From contig CM059425.1 of assembly GCA_030390025.1 (NCBI GenBank), forward strand, positions 170,502,001 to 170,566,000: a stretch of DNA of 64,000 bases, given 5' to 3'. The notes beneath the pieces are model-generated. The model saw only the letters and a program-made list of their open reading frames with translations, was not told the DNA's origin and ran no database searches. Below, in pieces: positions 1 to 12,687 of the stretch (within the stretch, counting starts at the first letter, position 1; the number at the start of each line of letters is the position of its first letter). Position numbers and translations under genes: made by a program. This DNA is from Squalus acanthias (taxonomy: Eukaryota).

Positions 1-2
1 AT

Positions 3-1229
3 TATATTGAGGACTGTATAGACTATGACACTGCTATCGAAATCTTACAGCAGCTATATGTCAAGTCCCCAAATGAAATCTTTGCTCGACACCTACTGGC
101 CACAACTCGGCAGCAGCCTGGGGAATCACTCGATGAATTTCTCCAGAAACTTCGCAGGCTCAGCAAGGATTGTAACCTTAAAGCAGTTTCAGCTGAACAG
201 TATCAAGAGGAACTAATCCGCGATTCCTTTATCAATGGAATCGCGTCCCCTTTTATACGTCAGCGCCTGCTGGAAAATAAAACCCTCAATTTACGGGCTG
301 CTTATGACCAGGCGTGTTCCTTGGACTTGGCCAAGAAAAATGCAGACACTTATCTCCCACCACGTGCACGGGCGGCGGCTATCTCCTTTAATGAGTCTTT
401 CGGTAGGTCTCGGGCGGATGCCCCCACTGATGTTGACTCTACTCTAACAGACGACGACCCTACCCTAGAGGCCTTCGCTGATGACGACCCCGCCCTAGCA
501 GCATCCTGGCAATCAGGAAGAAAGTGTTTCTTTTGTGGAGGGGCGTGCCATCACAGAAAATTTTGCCCGGCTCGTAATGTGACCTGCAATCATTGCAGCA
601 AGAAAGGACACTTTTCCAAGGTATGCCAGTCACGGGCCTTTGCTAACAAGAAAGGCCGCTCCTCTAAAGTATACCGGTCGAGAGCTCCTGTTAGCTTCAC
701 AGCTGCTATCTATGGAGCTGCTCCTCCCCCAAGAACTACTGTTAAGGCTACAGTTGCCGAAGGGAAAATTGCCCCTCCTCCCATCACGGCTGTTTTTCCC
801 CAAAGTTTGTCCCATGCAGCCACGAAGGTTTCAGTAAATGGGCACACTCTAAGCGCGCTAATCGACTCCTGCAGCTCTGACAGCTTCATTAGTAAGCGGG
901 CTGTCAACAGGTTAAAACTGCACATTTATCCCTCGGACAGGGAGATTGCAATGGCTCTGACGACTCTGACCACCAATTCTTCTGGCTTCTGTCTGGTCAA
1001 CCTCATCCTCAACGGCCGCACGTATCTCTCCACCCGGCTCGGAGTACTCGCAAACTTATGCAGCGATGTGCTTCTGGGACAGGACTTCCAGAAGCAGCAC
1101 AAGAAGATCACTTTTGAGTTTGGAGGGTCAAGGCCGGAGCTTACCATTTCTAAGGTGCCGTTTTGTGCACTCTCGGCGGCCTTACTCGGTGAACCCTCCC
1201 TGTTTGCCAATCTTCCCCCCCCGCTGTAA
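3..1229 (+). CDS. gag: Gag and aspartic protease part of the Gypsy polyprotein (5'-partial)
   Basis: Frame is open from base 3 (QQPGESLDEFLQKLRRL...IRDSFINGI). Double zinc knuckle CFFCGGACHHRKFC / CNHCSKKGHFSKVC. Protease motif ALIDSCS...LLGQDF. Confidence 0.9.
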   Translation, partial: YIEDCIDYDTAIEILQQLYVKSPNEIFARHLLATTRQQPGESLDEFLQKLRRLSKDCNLKAVSAEQYQEELIRDSFINGIASPFIRQRLLENKTLNLRAAYDQACSLDLAKKNADTYLPPRARAAAISFNESFGRSRADAPTDVDSTLTDDDPTLEAFADDDPALAASWQSGRKCFFCGGACHHRKFCPARNVTCNHCSKKGHFSKVCQSRAFANKKGRSSKVYRSRAPVSFTAAIYGAAPPPRTTVKATVAEGKIAPPPITAVFPQSLSHAATKVSVNGHTLSALIDSCSSDSFISKRAVNRLKLHIYPSDREIAMALTTLTTNSSGFCLVNLILNGRTYLSTRLGVLANLCSDVLLGQDFQKQHKKITFEFGGSRPELTISKVPFCALSAALLGEPSLFANLPPPL

Positions 1230-3771
1230 ACCCATAGCCACCAAATCGCGGCGCTTTAGCCAAGATGATCGAGCGTTTATTGAGGCGGAAATCTCTCGCC
1301 TTTTAGTCGACGGTATTATCGAGCCATGTTCATCTCCCTGGCGGGCTCAGGTCGTCATCGTGAGGAATCCCTTAAAACAACATAAAAAACGTCTGTGTAT
1401 CGATTATTCGCAGACTATTAATCTATATACCGATCTGGATGCCTACCCGCTGCCACGCATAGATGACATGGTCAACAACCTTGCCAAATACAAGGTATTC
1501 TCGACCTTCGATTTAAAAAGCGCGTACCATCAGGTGCCACTGCAAGACTCCGACAAGAAGTATACGGCCTTTGAGGCCAATGGTCGGCTTTTCCAGTTTC
1601 GCCGCCTTCCATTCGGGGTCACCAATGGGGTGGCCGTCTTCCAACGGGCCATGGATGGCCTAGTCCGGCAAGAGAACTTGACGGATACCTTTCCGTATTT
1701 AGACAATATCACTATTGCCGGCCATGATCAAAAGGAGCATGACGCCAATCTTCAGAGATTTTTTGACGTACTCCGCCGTCGCCACTTAACGTTAAACGAA
1801 TCCAAATCGGTGAAGTCGGTGCCATCGGTGAACATTCTTGGCTACTGGGTGGGCAACGGTGTTATTAAACCGGACCCAGAGCGACTTCGTCCACTTCAGG
1901 AGCTCCCTCCCCCGACGAACCTCGGCTCTCTTCGTCGGGCACTTGGCATGTTTGCTTATTACGCAAAATGGATACCACACTTCTCCGATAAAATACAGCC
2001 CCTGCTCCATACGAAGTCTTTTCCATTGGAAGCTACGGCTATTTCTGCCTTCAACCTCCTCAAACGACAGCTGGAGAAAGCCACGCTTCGCTCCATTGAC
2101 GAAAATCTTCCTTTTGTGGTCGAATGCGATGCATCGGAGGTGGCGATCTCCGCTACCTTGAAGCAAGGTGGCCGACCCGTGGCATTCCTATCCAGAACCT
2201 TGCAGGGTAGCGAGCTCCATTACCCCCCCGTCGAGAAGGAGGCTACGGCCATCATCGAGGCTGTACGCCAATGGGGTCATTTTCTTGCTCGGCGTCATTT
2301 TACGCTTATAACTGACCAGCGCTCTGTGGCCTTCATGTTGGATAACCGGAGGCGCACGAAAATCAAAAATAATAAAATTCAACTCTGGAGGATGGAGCTG
2401 GCTGCCTTTGGATATACTATCTGTTACCGACCCGGCAAACAGAACGTGGCCCCAGATACCTTCACACGGGCATTTTGCTCCTCAATGTCAACGTCGACTC
2501 TGGCGGATTTGCATATGGACTTATGCCATCCTGGTGTGACCCGCATGTTGCACTTTGTGCACTCCAAAAATCTACCATTTTCAACCGAGGACGTAAAGAA
2601 AACATGCTCCTCCTGTAGGATTTGTGCAGAATTGAAACCACAATTCTTTCGCCCATCAGATGGCTTACTCATACATGCAATGCAGCCTATGCAGAGGCTC
2701 AGCATAGACTTTAAAGGGCCATTGCCTTCATCGACAAGGAACACCTACCTACTTACGATGGTGGACGAGTATTCACGCTTTCCCTTCGCCTTCCCCTGCC
2801 CTAATATGCTTACCTCTACGGTAATTAAATGCCTCGATCAGGTCTTTTCCCTTTGCGGGACGGCCAATTTTATCCACACTGATCGGGGTCCCTCCTTTAT
2901 GTCGAGTGAACTTAAAAGTTATCTCTCCCAACGGGGAATCGCCTCAAGTAGGACGACACCATATCACCCAATCGGTAACGGACAGGTTGAACGATACAAT
3001 GCCATCATCTGGAACGCTGTCCGTCTGGCACTAAGGTCACGCAACCTGCCGGACCAGCAGTGGGAAACGGTGCTCCCCGACGCGTTACACTCTATCAGAT
3101 CTCTTCTCTCCACATCTACTAATGTCACGCCTCATGAGCGATTCTTCAAATTCCGGCGTCGCTCTACACATGGGACGTCTCTACCGTCATGGTTGGTGGC
3201 TCCAGGCCCGGTACTACTCCGGAGGTTCGTCCGGTCTGCCAAAAACGACCCTCTCGTTGACGAGGTGGAGTTAACGGAGGTAAACCCCACGTATGCGCAC
3301 GTACGGTACCCTGATGGCCGGGAGACCACCGTCTCGCTCCGAGATCTGGCTCCCTGCCCAACCGGTCACACGGGCCCGAATGATGAAGGATCCCCCGACA
3401 ATGATATCAACACTCCGCACCCCTATGAAAATGACGCCCCGCCTGGGACATCGGGGGATCTGCCGGCAACGCTACCGGATCAACTCAGGGAGCTGGACGC
3501 TCCCCGTAGGATGGCCACCCGAAACCAGGACGCCGGACAATCTCCAGCCACGACCCGGGATGAGGCCAGCTCAGCACCTGTGGGGACCCGCACCCGGAGT
3601 CATGATATTCCCAGTCCTCCACAGGATGATCAAGATGACGCGGACTCTACTGACTTACCGGTACGGGCCAAGCGACCCAGGGACCAGGACACGGTCCGGG
3701 GAGACGTGCCTTCCAGTCACAAGCAGAGAGCTAAACGTCTGCAGCTATTTCTGGTCCGCCTAGTCCGTTAA
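1223..3771 (+). CDS. pol: Pol (RT, RNase H, integrase), joined to gag across a 1-nt shift in the C8 run at 1215-1222
   Basis: RT motifs FDLKSAYHQ, LPFGVTNG and YLDN. RNase H motifs ECDAS and TDQRS. Integrase HHCC plus IDFKGP, TDRGPSF and VERYN. Confidence 0.92.
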
Positions 3772-3809
3772 AGGAAGACTGGACTTCCAAACCTTTTAGG
3801 GAGGAAGAA

Positions 3810-4021
3810 TGTCATAAATCGCAAGTAACAACTCAGGAAGTGCTACTGGGCGGCCAGCTGGGGCACCGTCCAGGGAGTATAAATACTCAGGCATGGGCCC
3901 ACCTTGGGCAGAGACAATCTGGAAACAGGAAGCTAGTGACTGCTAACTAGACCTCCATGTTTTGTTACAAGTTGATTAAAGCCTTGCTTTATGTTCAAGT
4001 GCGTAGTGAGTCTTTATTACG
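3810..4021 (+). repeat. 3' LTR of Gypsy element 1
   Basis: Starts TG directly after the PPT. TATAAATA at 3878-3885, ATTAAA at 3975-3980. Ends TTATTACG, a near-inverted copy of the start. Confidence 0.75.
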
Positions 4022-4024
4022 TCA

Positions 4025-4472
4025 CCCGGTCCCCGACGGCAGACGCGATCCAGCCCGATCAGCACGATGCACTGCAGCAGAGTGCCGGGCTGATCGAGCG
4101 CTAGGTAAAAAAACAGAGAATGAGCATTTGAGTATTTTTTGTCCTACCTCGGCCACCTCGCCTTTAAGTATTGCCCCCGAAGCGCCCGGCCTCCCAATGG
4201 ATGCCTCCTGCAGCTGCCGGTGTTTTCGCCCGGCGATGCTGCAGGGGCGAAACTGAAGTTCGGGTCCGGGGCGCTACCGGGGCGATGTGCACGACGATGA
4301 CGTCATGATCTCCGGGCGAAGGAGATCGGGACGCAACGCCATACCACCGCCGCAAGCTTCCCACCGAATTTAGGGGGAGGCGATATTCTTGCCGCACCCG
4401 GGTGATAAGTGGTTAGCACCCCGTTATCCCCCCCCCCCCCCCCCGAGGCGCTAACCAGCCGAATTTCTAGCC
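4025..4472. mobile_element. GC-rich MITE-like element, partial; probably the insertion target of Gypsy element 1
   Basis: Shares the ggggcg..tgcac..cga.tgacgtca core and gaattt..ccc end with 25801-26583, 41762-42273 and 63359-64000. Confidence 0.55.
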
Positions 4473-5510
4473 CAGTGTCTTCAAAGGTTACGCTCAGTGG
4501 CAGATGTAATTATTGCCTCCATCGCCACTCTTCAGTTCGCTATGGGTCTCCCTTATGGTTCCACTTCTATCTAGTGCATCTTCAGCAATGGCTTCTCTTC
4601 CCATCTCGCACTCTCACTTCAGCAGCACCTCATCCCTGCAAGGATTCATAGGATTCATCCTTGGCCCACTTCTCGACATGCTATCCCTTGCTGACATCAC
4701 CTGCTGGCATAGGGTCATTTCCTACATTGATGCTGATAATACCCAACTCTACCTCTCCACTGATTCTCTCACTCTGCAATCATCTCCATGCAATCAGATT
4801 GTCTGCCAAATATTAAATCATAGATGAGCCACAACCTCCTTTAATTTACCTCGGTGAAAACTAAAACCATTGTTTTCGGCATGGACATAATTTCCACTTC
4901 CTTGCAACTGGCTCCATCTCCTCTGTGACCACTCAGGTTGAATCAGTCCATCTTAAACCTTTGTGTACTGTTGAACCCTGAGATGAGCTTTACCCTATAC
5001 ATTCTATACATTGCCAGGACCACCTATTTCCATCTGCTGCTGAAACCCTTATCCATGCTTTTGTTATCTCTGGACTCGATTTTTCTAATGCTCCCCTTTT
5101 TGGCCTCCCATCCTCCACGAACTCCAATATGTCCCAAATGCAGCTGCCCAGATCATGTCCTGCAATAAGTCCACACGCCCATCACCCCCAATTCTCGCTC
5201 ACCTACTTCCTCTACCCCAGTATATTAAATTTAGACTCCTTGTTCTCCTCTTCAAATCCCTCCATGGCCCAGCTCCACCCTATTTCTGAAACCTCCTCCA
5301 GCCTTATATTCCCCTCCCACCTTCGACCGTCTGCCTTTGGTCTTTTGTGTGTCTCTACTTGCCTTCTCTCCACCATGGGGGTCAGCGCCTTCAGCTGCCC
5401 CACTTTCTATATCTTGCTGTCTAAATCTCTCCTCCTCTCCATGTCTCTCTCCTCCTTTAAAAACCTTCTCAAAACCCATCTTTTCGACCTGGTTTTTGGT
5501 CATCCCTCTT
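4473..5510 (+). mobile_element. Degenerate L2-type LINE, 3' part
   Basis: Decayed RT motifs (QGFILGPLL, YIDADNTQLYLS) and an L2-like C-terminus (SLSSFKNLLKTHLF). Confidence 0.7.
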
Positions 5511-6653
5511 AATCTCTCCCTGCTACCTAAGTTGAGCAAAAGATAAGTGATGTTTACCTTTCAATCGCTATCATATACAGCAGTTTTGAAAGACGAGATC
5601 TAAACCATGTTATTTTACTTATCTATTACAATGAATCTTCAGAAACCTAATTCACATTCACAACCGCAAGTTGAGTAAAGAGAAAATTGAAAATTTACTG
5701 TTTTGCAAAATACTCTTTGTCCTAGCAATACAAAGCTAGCATTCAAATGAGGTTATGTGATAGTACTGATGAGGGAGTGGGGGGGGAGGGGGATGTTGTT
5801 GGGAAGTCAGTGTAGCTCTGTTGGTCCTTAAAATCTTGGACAATGCGATCCCGGCAACTGCACCAGAATTGTGCCTGCCGGCGACCCATGCCATTGAACC
5901 CGGTAAGTCAGTCAGAGGTCACTGTTTAAATATTGCCAGGGTGCCCATGCCATTAGGAGCATATCCAATGTCCCTGTCTGCTCTGGGATGCTGCAAGATG
6001 CAGCCCTGCTGTCCAGTCCAGACAAGGGAACAGATGGCACAGCAGAGACATGTGGGCAACACTGCTCCCTTTGATACTGAAGGTTTGGGGGCTCCTGCTG
6101 CAGAAGGTCCATCTAAGGAGGGTGATTACCCTCCAGTAAAAGTGCTGGCTGCACGGATAGAGGTCTGTGACTGAGTCAGTGTAGTTACCCAGATCCCTGA
6201 TTACAAATGAAGTAAATGTGTCCAATTCTCAGGAGCAAGGTGGAAGTGAGTGTGCTCCTCACATTAGCACACCCTTTTTTGGGAGGTCCATCAAGCGTAG
6301 CACAAATTTAAGTTAGAAACTCGTCAACCCTCCAGGAAGTACCATTGAAAGCGATGTGCACAAGCATTGCCCTTTTGTACACGCTCTTTCATTGTGCCCA
6401 AGTTGTACAGAGCACTTTTCCCTCAGGTGCAGATGGCAGATGTAGAACAGCAAACAGGCTCAAGTGTCCAGCCAAGGCCCTCACCTACTGTTAAAGGATT
6501 TCTCAGTAGGGTCAGTAACCATGGATGAAGTGGATCGTCCAGTTCTCCCAATAGCTATTGTGACAAAATTCGAGGTTTGGTCGATATTCAAACTTCTGAA
6601 CTTATATTTTATACTGCATGTTAAGGGTTACCGCCCAAGAGTCACACAAAGCA

Positions 6654-9390
6654 ATAAAAACAGAAAATGTCGAAAATACTCAGCAAGTCAGGCAGCATCT
6701 GTGGAAAGAGAAACAGAGTTAACGTTTCAGGTCAATGACCCTTCCTCAGACGAAAGGTCGCCGACCTGAAACGTTGGGGGTAACTTTAACCACTAAAAAG
6801 GGTGGGCTTGGGTCGGGTGAGAGGTTAAAAAGTTAGAAATCTGAAACAGAAACCCAACCCGTCTCGAACCCGCCCACTTCAGGTTTCAACAGAGGCGGGA
6901 CGAGGGGCGGGCGACCAATCCGCTCTCAGGAGGCAGCTCAGTCGTTGAAACTTTTTAAGGAGTCTGCGTGTCTTCATTTTAACTGTTTTTATTTTTAACC
7001 CATGCTGGCCAGGTTTCCCGGGCCTCGGGATACCCGGCAGGTAAAAGGAGGCAAGAAGGGCTGGGTCCATAATTAAGTGCATTTACAGCACTGTTTGAGG
7101 GCCAGGAGGAGCAGGAGTGATTTCTCCAGGCCCAACAAACTACCCTGTAAATCCCCCCTGCGATCTGTCTGCTCCCCTACCCCCCAACGATCAGACCCCC
7201 TGACCATCATCTTCACCCCAACACCCCCATGATCTCGCTTCCCCCGACCAGCATATCTCGCCCCGCGATCTCTCCACTCACCTCAACTAGACCCCCCCGA
7301 CCGTAATCTCTCCCTGCCTCCCTGCCTGCGCCTCCGTTGCATCCTTCTGCTGCAGGCTTTCCTGCCTGACAGGCAGCCAATCAGGCTTGACTGTCGGGCG
7401 GGAAAACTGTCGGAAAATTGTGGGGAATTTTCCGGGGGGTCAGCAGGCGCAATCGGTGGCAGGTCGGGTGGGAAAATGTTTTTTTTTGACAGCGGGTTGG
7501 AACCCCGCTGTGAACCCGCCACCACACGACTTTCCCAAATGTCGGGCCTGTCAGTGCTGAGCAGACCCGACACGTAGCGGCGAGGGAGGCAATTAAGGTC
7601 ATTATGACCTTGTTAACAGAGCATTAAGAACTAATTTCAGCTCACCTTCAGAGTTTACCAGGTCGCCCACAGGGTCCACGCTGCTCGGGGATCATGTCAG
7701 GTAAGCAGGGCGGGAGTTGAATGGCCATGGAATCATCTCATTACTTGACAGCTGCAAATGTGCTATACAAGCTCCCATCTCACAGCTGTTCACCTTCCAA
7801 GTTCAGAAGCTGTTGCTTACTGCATTTGGAAGAAAGATTGAGCTTTATGCAGCTTGCAAGTGTTTGGAGCAAACTCTCTATCCAGTGTCACCTCATTGGA
7901 ACAACTTCTCTCAACATTGACAGATTGCTTCTGTCATCTCAACCTCACCTGCCATCTATTCCATCAGCATCGGTGCCCTTGAAACTATTTCACCTTGGTC
8001 CACAGAATCCCACCATGATCAGCCCCAACACCAGCATCACTGGGCACACCAGCAGCACCAACAACAACATTAACCTTCTCCGCAATCAACTGATGCTGCA
8101 CAGGACACAGGGCATCAGCACTTCACCACATTGCTGCCCGGGAGGCCAGGGATGGCCTCACCATGGCCAGATTTACTTCACTTGATGCTGTGCACCCTGG
8201 CTGCCACATGATGCGCCAGGTTGGCACCACCCCACACCAACACCATAAAGCATCCGTACAATGCCCAAGCCATTCCTTTCACACTCATTGCCATTGCAGG
8301 GGGTACTGTTATGTCTCACCATTCACTGAAACTCACTAAACCACTTCCAAAGGTGCACACAAATCTGTCCAAGAACGCAAAGTGTTCAAAATAAAGGTTT
8401 TAATGTTTGACACCACATTAACAGAAACTTAAATGAACATTGCATAAAACACCCAAGTGGCTACCCTTGTGTGTTGTTAGTTGGTATGATTGCAGTCGGA
8501 TGAGGGTGAGTGTGAGGGGTGGCTAGTGAGATGGGGAAGTGATAATGTAGATAGAGAGGGATGGGTGGAGGTGCAAGGTAAGTTGGTGTGAGTAAGGATG
8601 TGCAGGAGTAGGATAGGGAAGGCAGAGTGATGGGGATGTGATGAGAGGCACAGCAGGATGAGGTTGAGTGCGGCTTTGTACTAGCGTTTCGTGATCTACT
8701 GAGATCATTGAAAGGTTTGCGCCACTGCAGCCTGGTCCTCCTGACGACATCCCTGCTTGTGTCCTCCTGTACAATGTGCAACCAGGCTACATTGGTCTCC
8801 TGGGGAGGTCTCTTCCGCCCACTGGAAGGGAAGAGAACCTCCCTATGTGCTGTGACTCCCTCCATAAGCATATGGAGGGAGTCATGGGAGAACCTGGGTG
8901 CAGCCGTGCACCTTTGTGCAGTGCTTGCCAGTGTTTGCAACACCTCAATGCTGTAGAACACTGACAGCGCAAATGTCAAAATCAATTTGCACATGGTCCC
9001 TTTAAGGAAACCGGCTGATGACGCATCATCGAATGACGTCATCAGACCTGCTTCCTTCAATTGGCCGGGAAATGCACTGGGCGGGCTTAACAAGCCCAAT
9101 CATGGGAAAATCATTTTGGCTAGCGGGCTGGAGCCAGCAGCGAGGCCGAGACCCGTCACCGACGTCGCCTGCCACGGACCCGTCAAGGTTGTTAAAATCC
9201 AACTCGTTATGTGGTTTTTAACTGTACTTCCGGGTGTGGTATCCATAACTCCTCTCCCCCCTTTCCGAACGTGTAGCCCCGTAAATATCGGGGCCAATTC
9301 TGTTTCTCACTCCACAGATGCTGCCTGCTGAGTAGTTCCGGCATTTTCTGTTTTTATTTCAGATTTTCAGCATCCGCAGTTTTTTTCTGT
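6654..9390. mobile_element. Penelope-like inverted-repeat insertion containing nested Harbinger-type elements
   Basis: Inverted arms (aaaacagaaaatg..ctcagc..ggcagcatctgtgg at left, reverse complement at ~9300-9385). Flanked by the 14-bp direct repeat agtcacacaaagca (6640-6653 and 9391-9404). Confidence 0.6.
8690..8935 (-). pseudogene. Harbinger Myb/SANT-like DNA-binding protein remnant
   Basis: APRFSHDSLHMLMEGV...VLFP...AWLHIVQE...VRRTRLQWRKPFNDL; homologous to the Myb ORF at 48711-61711. Confidence 0.8.
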
Positions 9391-10293
9391 AGTCACACAA
9401 AGCATCTTGTCAGCAGAAAGCTATCAGCTCAGAAGAGACAAATTGTCCAGGAAAGGTCTCCTCAAGACGTGTTTTATGCTTTGGCTCACACAATGATGGT
9501 CTGAAATGCTACCTGACTAATGAACTGGGGGGAAGGGGTTCACCTTTTTGCAATGCCAGATATCTTATGCTATTGTCAAAGATGGACTACATTGTTCTTA
9601 ACCCCCAACTCGCAATATGCAGAGGAGGTGCCAGGCAGAGCTGTACATTATGGAGAGAGCAAGTGCAGTATCCTGAACCTGGAGGAAGAAGAGCCATAAC
9701 TTTAAAAAAGGCGCAAAGTTAAAGCATGAATATTCGTGTGAAATAGGAAAAATTGCAGTTGTAAAGAAGATATGCAATTAAAAGCTAAGCTGACTGAGGT
9801 AAATGTTATCACAAACATGCTAAATGAGATATCAGAAGTGAAAACAGCAGGGTTACATACCATGATGACAGAATATTGCACTGTACTCTCCGCTTCCTCC
9901 ACCTCCATTGTTATATACCAGTCAATAGCTCTACCATGCTTTCAGGCAGAAAACTTTCTGTGTATCATTCACACTTCTCACTGCTGTTGTGATACTTTGA
10001 AATAATGCAAGGTCTGACCTGGAGTAAAATGCTCATTTTTGATGATCCTCCACAGCTACATAATTCTGCAAGTTTTCCCACGTTTGGCCTAAACAAATTA
10101 AATTGTGTTACTTTTTCTGATGTTCTCAAATTACTTTCTGGCGGGGTATCAATTCTGAAAGCATCGATAAATAGCAAAGATTCTTCTGTTGCCATTTCCT
10201 CCCAAAAAATACACCAGTACTTACTTGTGTCTATATTTTCATTCAATTTATTGAACAAAGGACCCTCGGGCCATATATTTTAAGAAAGACACA

Positions 10294-10397
10294 GGGGCTG
10301 AATTTCCTCGGAGCTTCGCTTGCTCTGCATCCATAACTTTGGCGGAAATGTGGTGGAAACCCCGTTTATGAGAGAAGCTCTAAGGAAATTCATCTAC
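10294..10397. mobile_element. Small MITE
   Basis: Terminal inverted repeats tgaatttcct..gagcttc / gaagctc..aggaaattca. Confidence 0.55.
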
Positions 10398-11161
10398 ACA
10401 GTTATTTTTGTCCATTTTGAAGATTAGCAATATTTGGTAACAGTATATATGGTAAACAACCCCTAGCATTCCTGCATGGTGAGCATGTTGGTTAAGAGCA
10501 AGAGGACAAGTGGTCAGAAGTCAGAATACTGCTAGAGATCAGATGAATTTTAACAGCTAGAATAGTACCCAAAGCTTTCTTGATAGTATCTGATAAACAC
10601 CAATCATGTAAGGGTTTTTTGTTCTCAGTAATCACTTAAAATGACGTCACTGGGCAATATAGAAATCTCCATTTACTTATTCATTACCAGTCTGACCATT
10701 CAGGGTAAAGTGCTTGCAAGATGTTTCCGATTGCTTATATGCATGACCACTTATCTATGTACTTTTACAATGATTGAATTAACTGTTGATTCTCGTAGCC
10801 CTCTATGCCACTTACAAATGATACCAGAATTTCTATTAAATTAGCTTTCTCTAACTTCCCATAGTCATACATTACAGGATAATTTAAGACCGAAATTATT
10901 TGGTCAGGTAGCAAACCTTTCTCCATCATTTAGGAGGCGTACACTTTAGTCCTCAGCCAGGGTTATTTAAAGTAATACTCATAAATCTGAACTCGTTTGT
11001 ATAAGGAATGATACGATTTATATAATATTCGCAACACTTGTTATCCAAAACTTAACATTTTCAATACTGCCAAATGGCAGGTCCAGGGAAATGAGTATCT
11101 CCTTGGGTAGCCAGTTTTATAAGTTATTAGCTCATGTTCTGTGACTAAAAAAAATCACTAA

Positions 11162-11312
11162 GGGGATCATTTTAACCTAACCTGCCCAGTGGGAAACTGA
11201 AGGGTCTGGGCTGGCCCCCGACGTCAATGGAGAGTAAAATCGGGCAGGGTGCAAAATGGGCGGCCAATACGATGCCAGTTTCCTGCCGGACGGGTTAGGT
11301 TTTAGTTACCCC
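11162..11312. mobile_element. Small MITE
   Basis: Imperfect TIRs gggga..aacctaacc / ggttaggtt..acccc. Confidence 0.55.
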
Positions 11313-11740
11313 TGAATATTATGGTATAAAGCTGCTGACTTGGTAGGAGCGCCTCTTTTGTTGTACTATTCATCCTAAAATAGTTCAAATGCTTTGAATT
11401 AAAACAAAAAATGTTTGGGAAGTTTCAAAGGCTCTCTTTCAGGTGCCTGATTTAAGCCATTTTCACATCTCCAGGGCAAACCAAAACTGTTGGGCGAGAA
11501 TCTTATTAGCAGGACCCCCGGTGAGGCAGTCAGTTGAAAACCATGGCTCTTACTCAACAATGACAAACCGGCATAAACAAAAGAAAAACTGCAAATCCTG
11601 GAAATCTGAAACATAAATAGAAAATGCTGGAAATTCTCAACAAATAAGTCAGCATCTGTAGAGAGAAAAGACAACTTAAAATTTCGAGTTTCAAAACTGA
11701 AAGGTAAACAAGCATTTTAGCACATTCATAAAAAAAAAGG

Positions 11741-12393
11741 AAACATAGAAACATAGAAGATAGGAGCAGGAGTAGGCCATTTGGCCCCTCGAGCCTGCTC
11801 CGCCATTTAATGAGATCATGGCTGATCATCCAAATTCAGTACCCTGTCCCTGCTTTCTCCCCATATCCCTTGATCCCTTTAGCCTTAAGAAATATATCTA
11901 ACTCCTTCTTGAATATATTTAATGAATTGGCCTCAACTGCCTTTTGTGGTAGAGAATTCCACAGGTTCACCACTCTCTGGGTGAAGAAATTCCTCCTCAT
12001 CTCAGTCCTAAATGGCTTACCCCTTATCTTTAGTCTGTGACCCCTGGTTCTGGACTCCCCCGCCATTGGGAACATCCTTCCTGCATCTAGTCTGTCTAGT
12101 CCTGTTAGAATTTTATAAGTTTCAATGAGATCGCCTCTCATTCTTCTGAACTCCAGTGAATATAAGCCCAGTCGACCCAATCTCTCCTCATACGTCATTC
12201 CTGCCATCCCAGGTATCAGTCTGGTGAATCTTCGCTGCACTCCCTCCATGGCAAGAACATCCTTCCTCAGATAAGGCGACCAAAACTGCACACAATACTC
12301 AAGGTGTGGTCTCACCAAGGCCCTGTACAACTGCAGCAAGACATCCTTGCTCCTGTACTCGAATCCTCTCGCTATGAAGGCCAACATACCATT
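11741..12393 (-). mobile_element. CR1 LINE, 5'-truncated
   Basis: ORF2 C-terminus LYRALVRPHLEYCVQFWSP...RVVNLWNSLP with an (aaacatag)n tail. Nearly identical to 43680-44977. Confidence 0.92.
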
Positions 12394-12687
12394 TGGAAGG
12401 GGGAAAGTTATTCCCATCATAGAGGATATTTTAATGGGATGAATGATGCACAGCCTACTTAAAAGAAAAGTGGGAAATCGTTAAATGATATAAAAGATTA
12501 TCTCAGCGCGGTAATGAAAATACATTAGAAAAAAACAAAAGAACATTGAAATGGCTAAGATGGTGAGAGCCCACACGAGGGAAAAAGTAACAAACAGGGA
12601 AAGCTAAAGGAAACAAACTCTCATACATTGTCTGAGGAGATGATCAAACCGATTTGTCATTACAAAGTACAGTCTACAAGCAATAAA

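Larger units (their letters stand above)
1..4021 (+). mobile_element. Ty3/Gypsy LTR retrotransposon, 5' end outside the window
   Basis: Domain order gag-PR-RT-RNaseH-IN, followed by a polypurine tract (agggaggaagaa, 3798-3809) and a short LTR starting TGTCATAA. Confidence 0.93.

Noticed and set aside
9700..10283. Possible pogo/Tigger transposase remnant (SLLFIDAFR) or host exon
   Set aside because: A single weak motif with no continuous frame.
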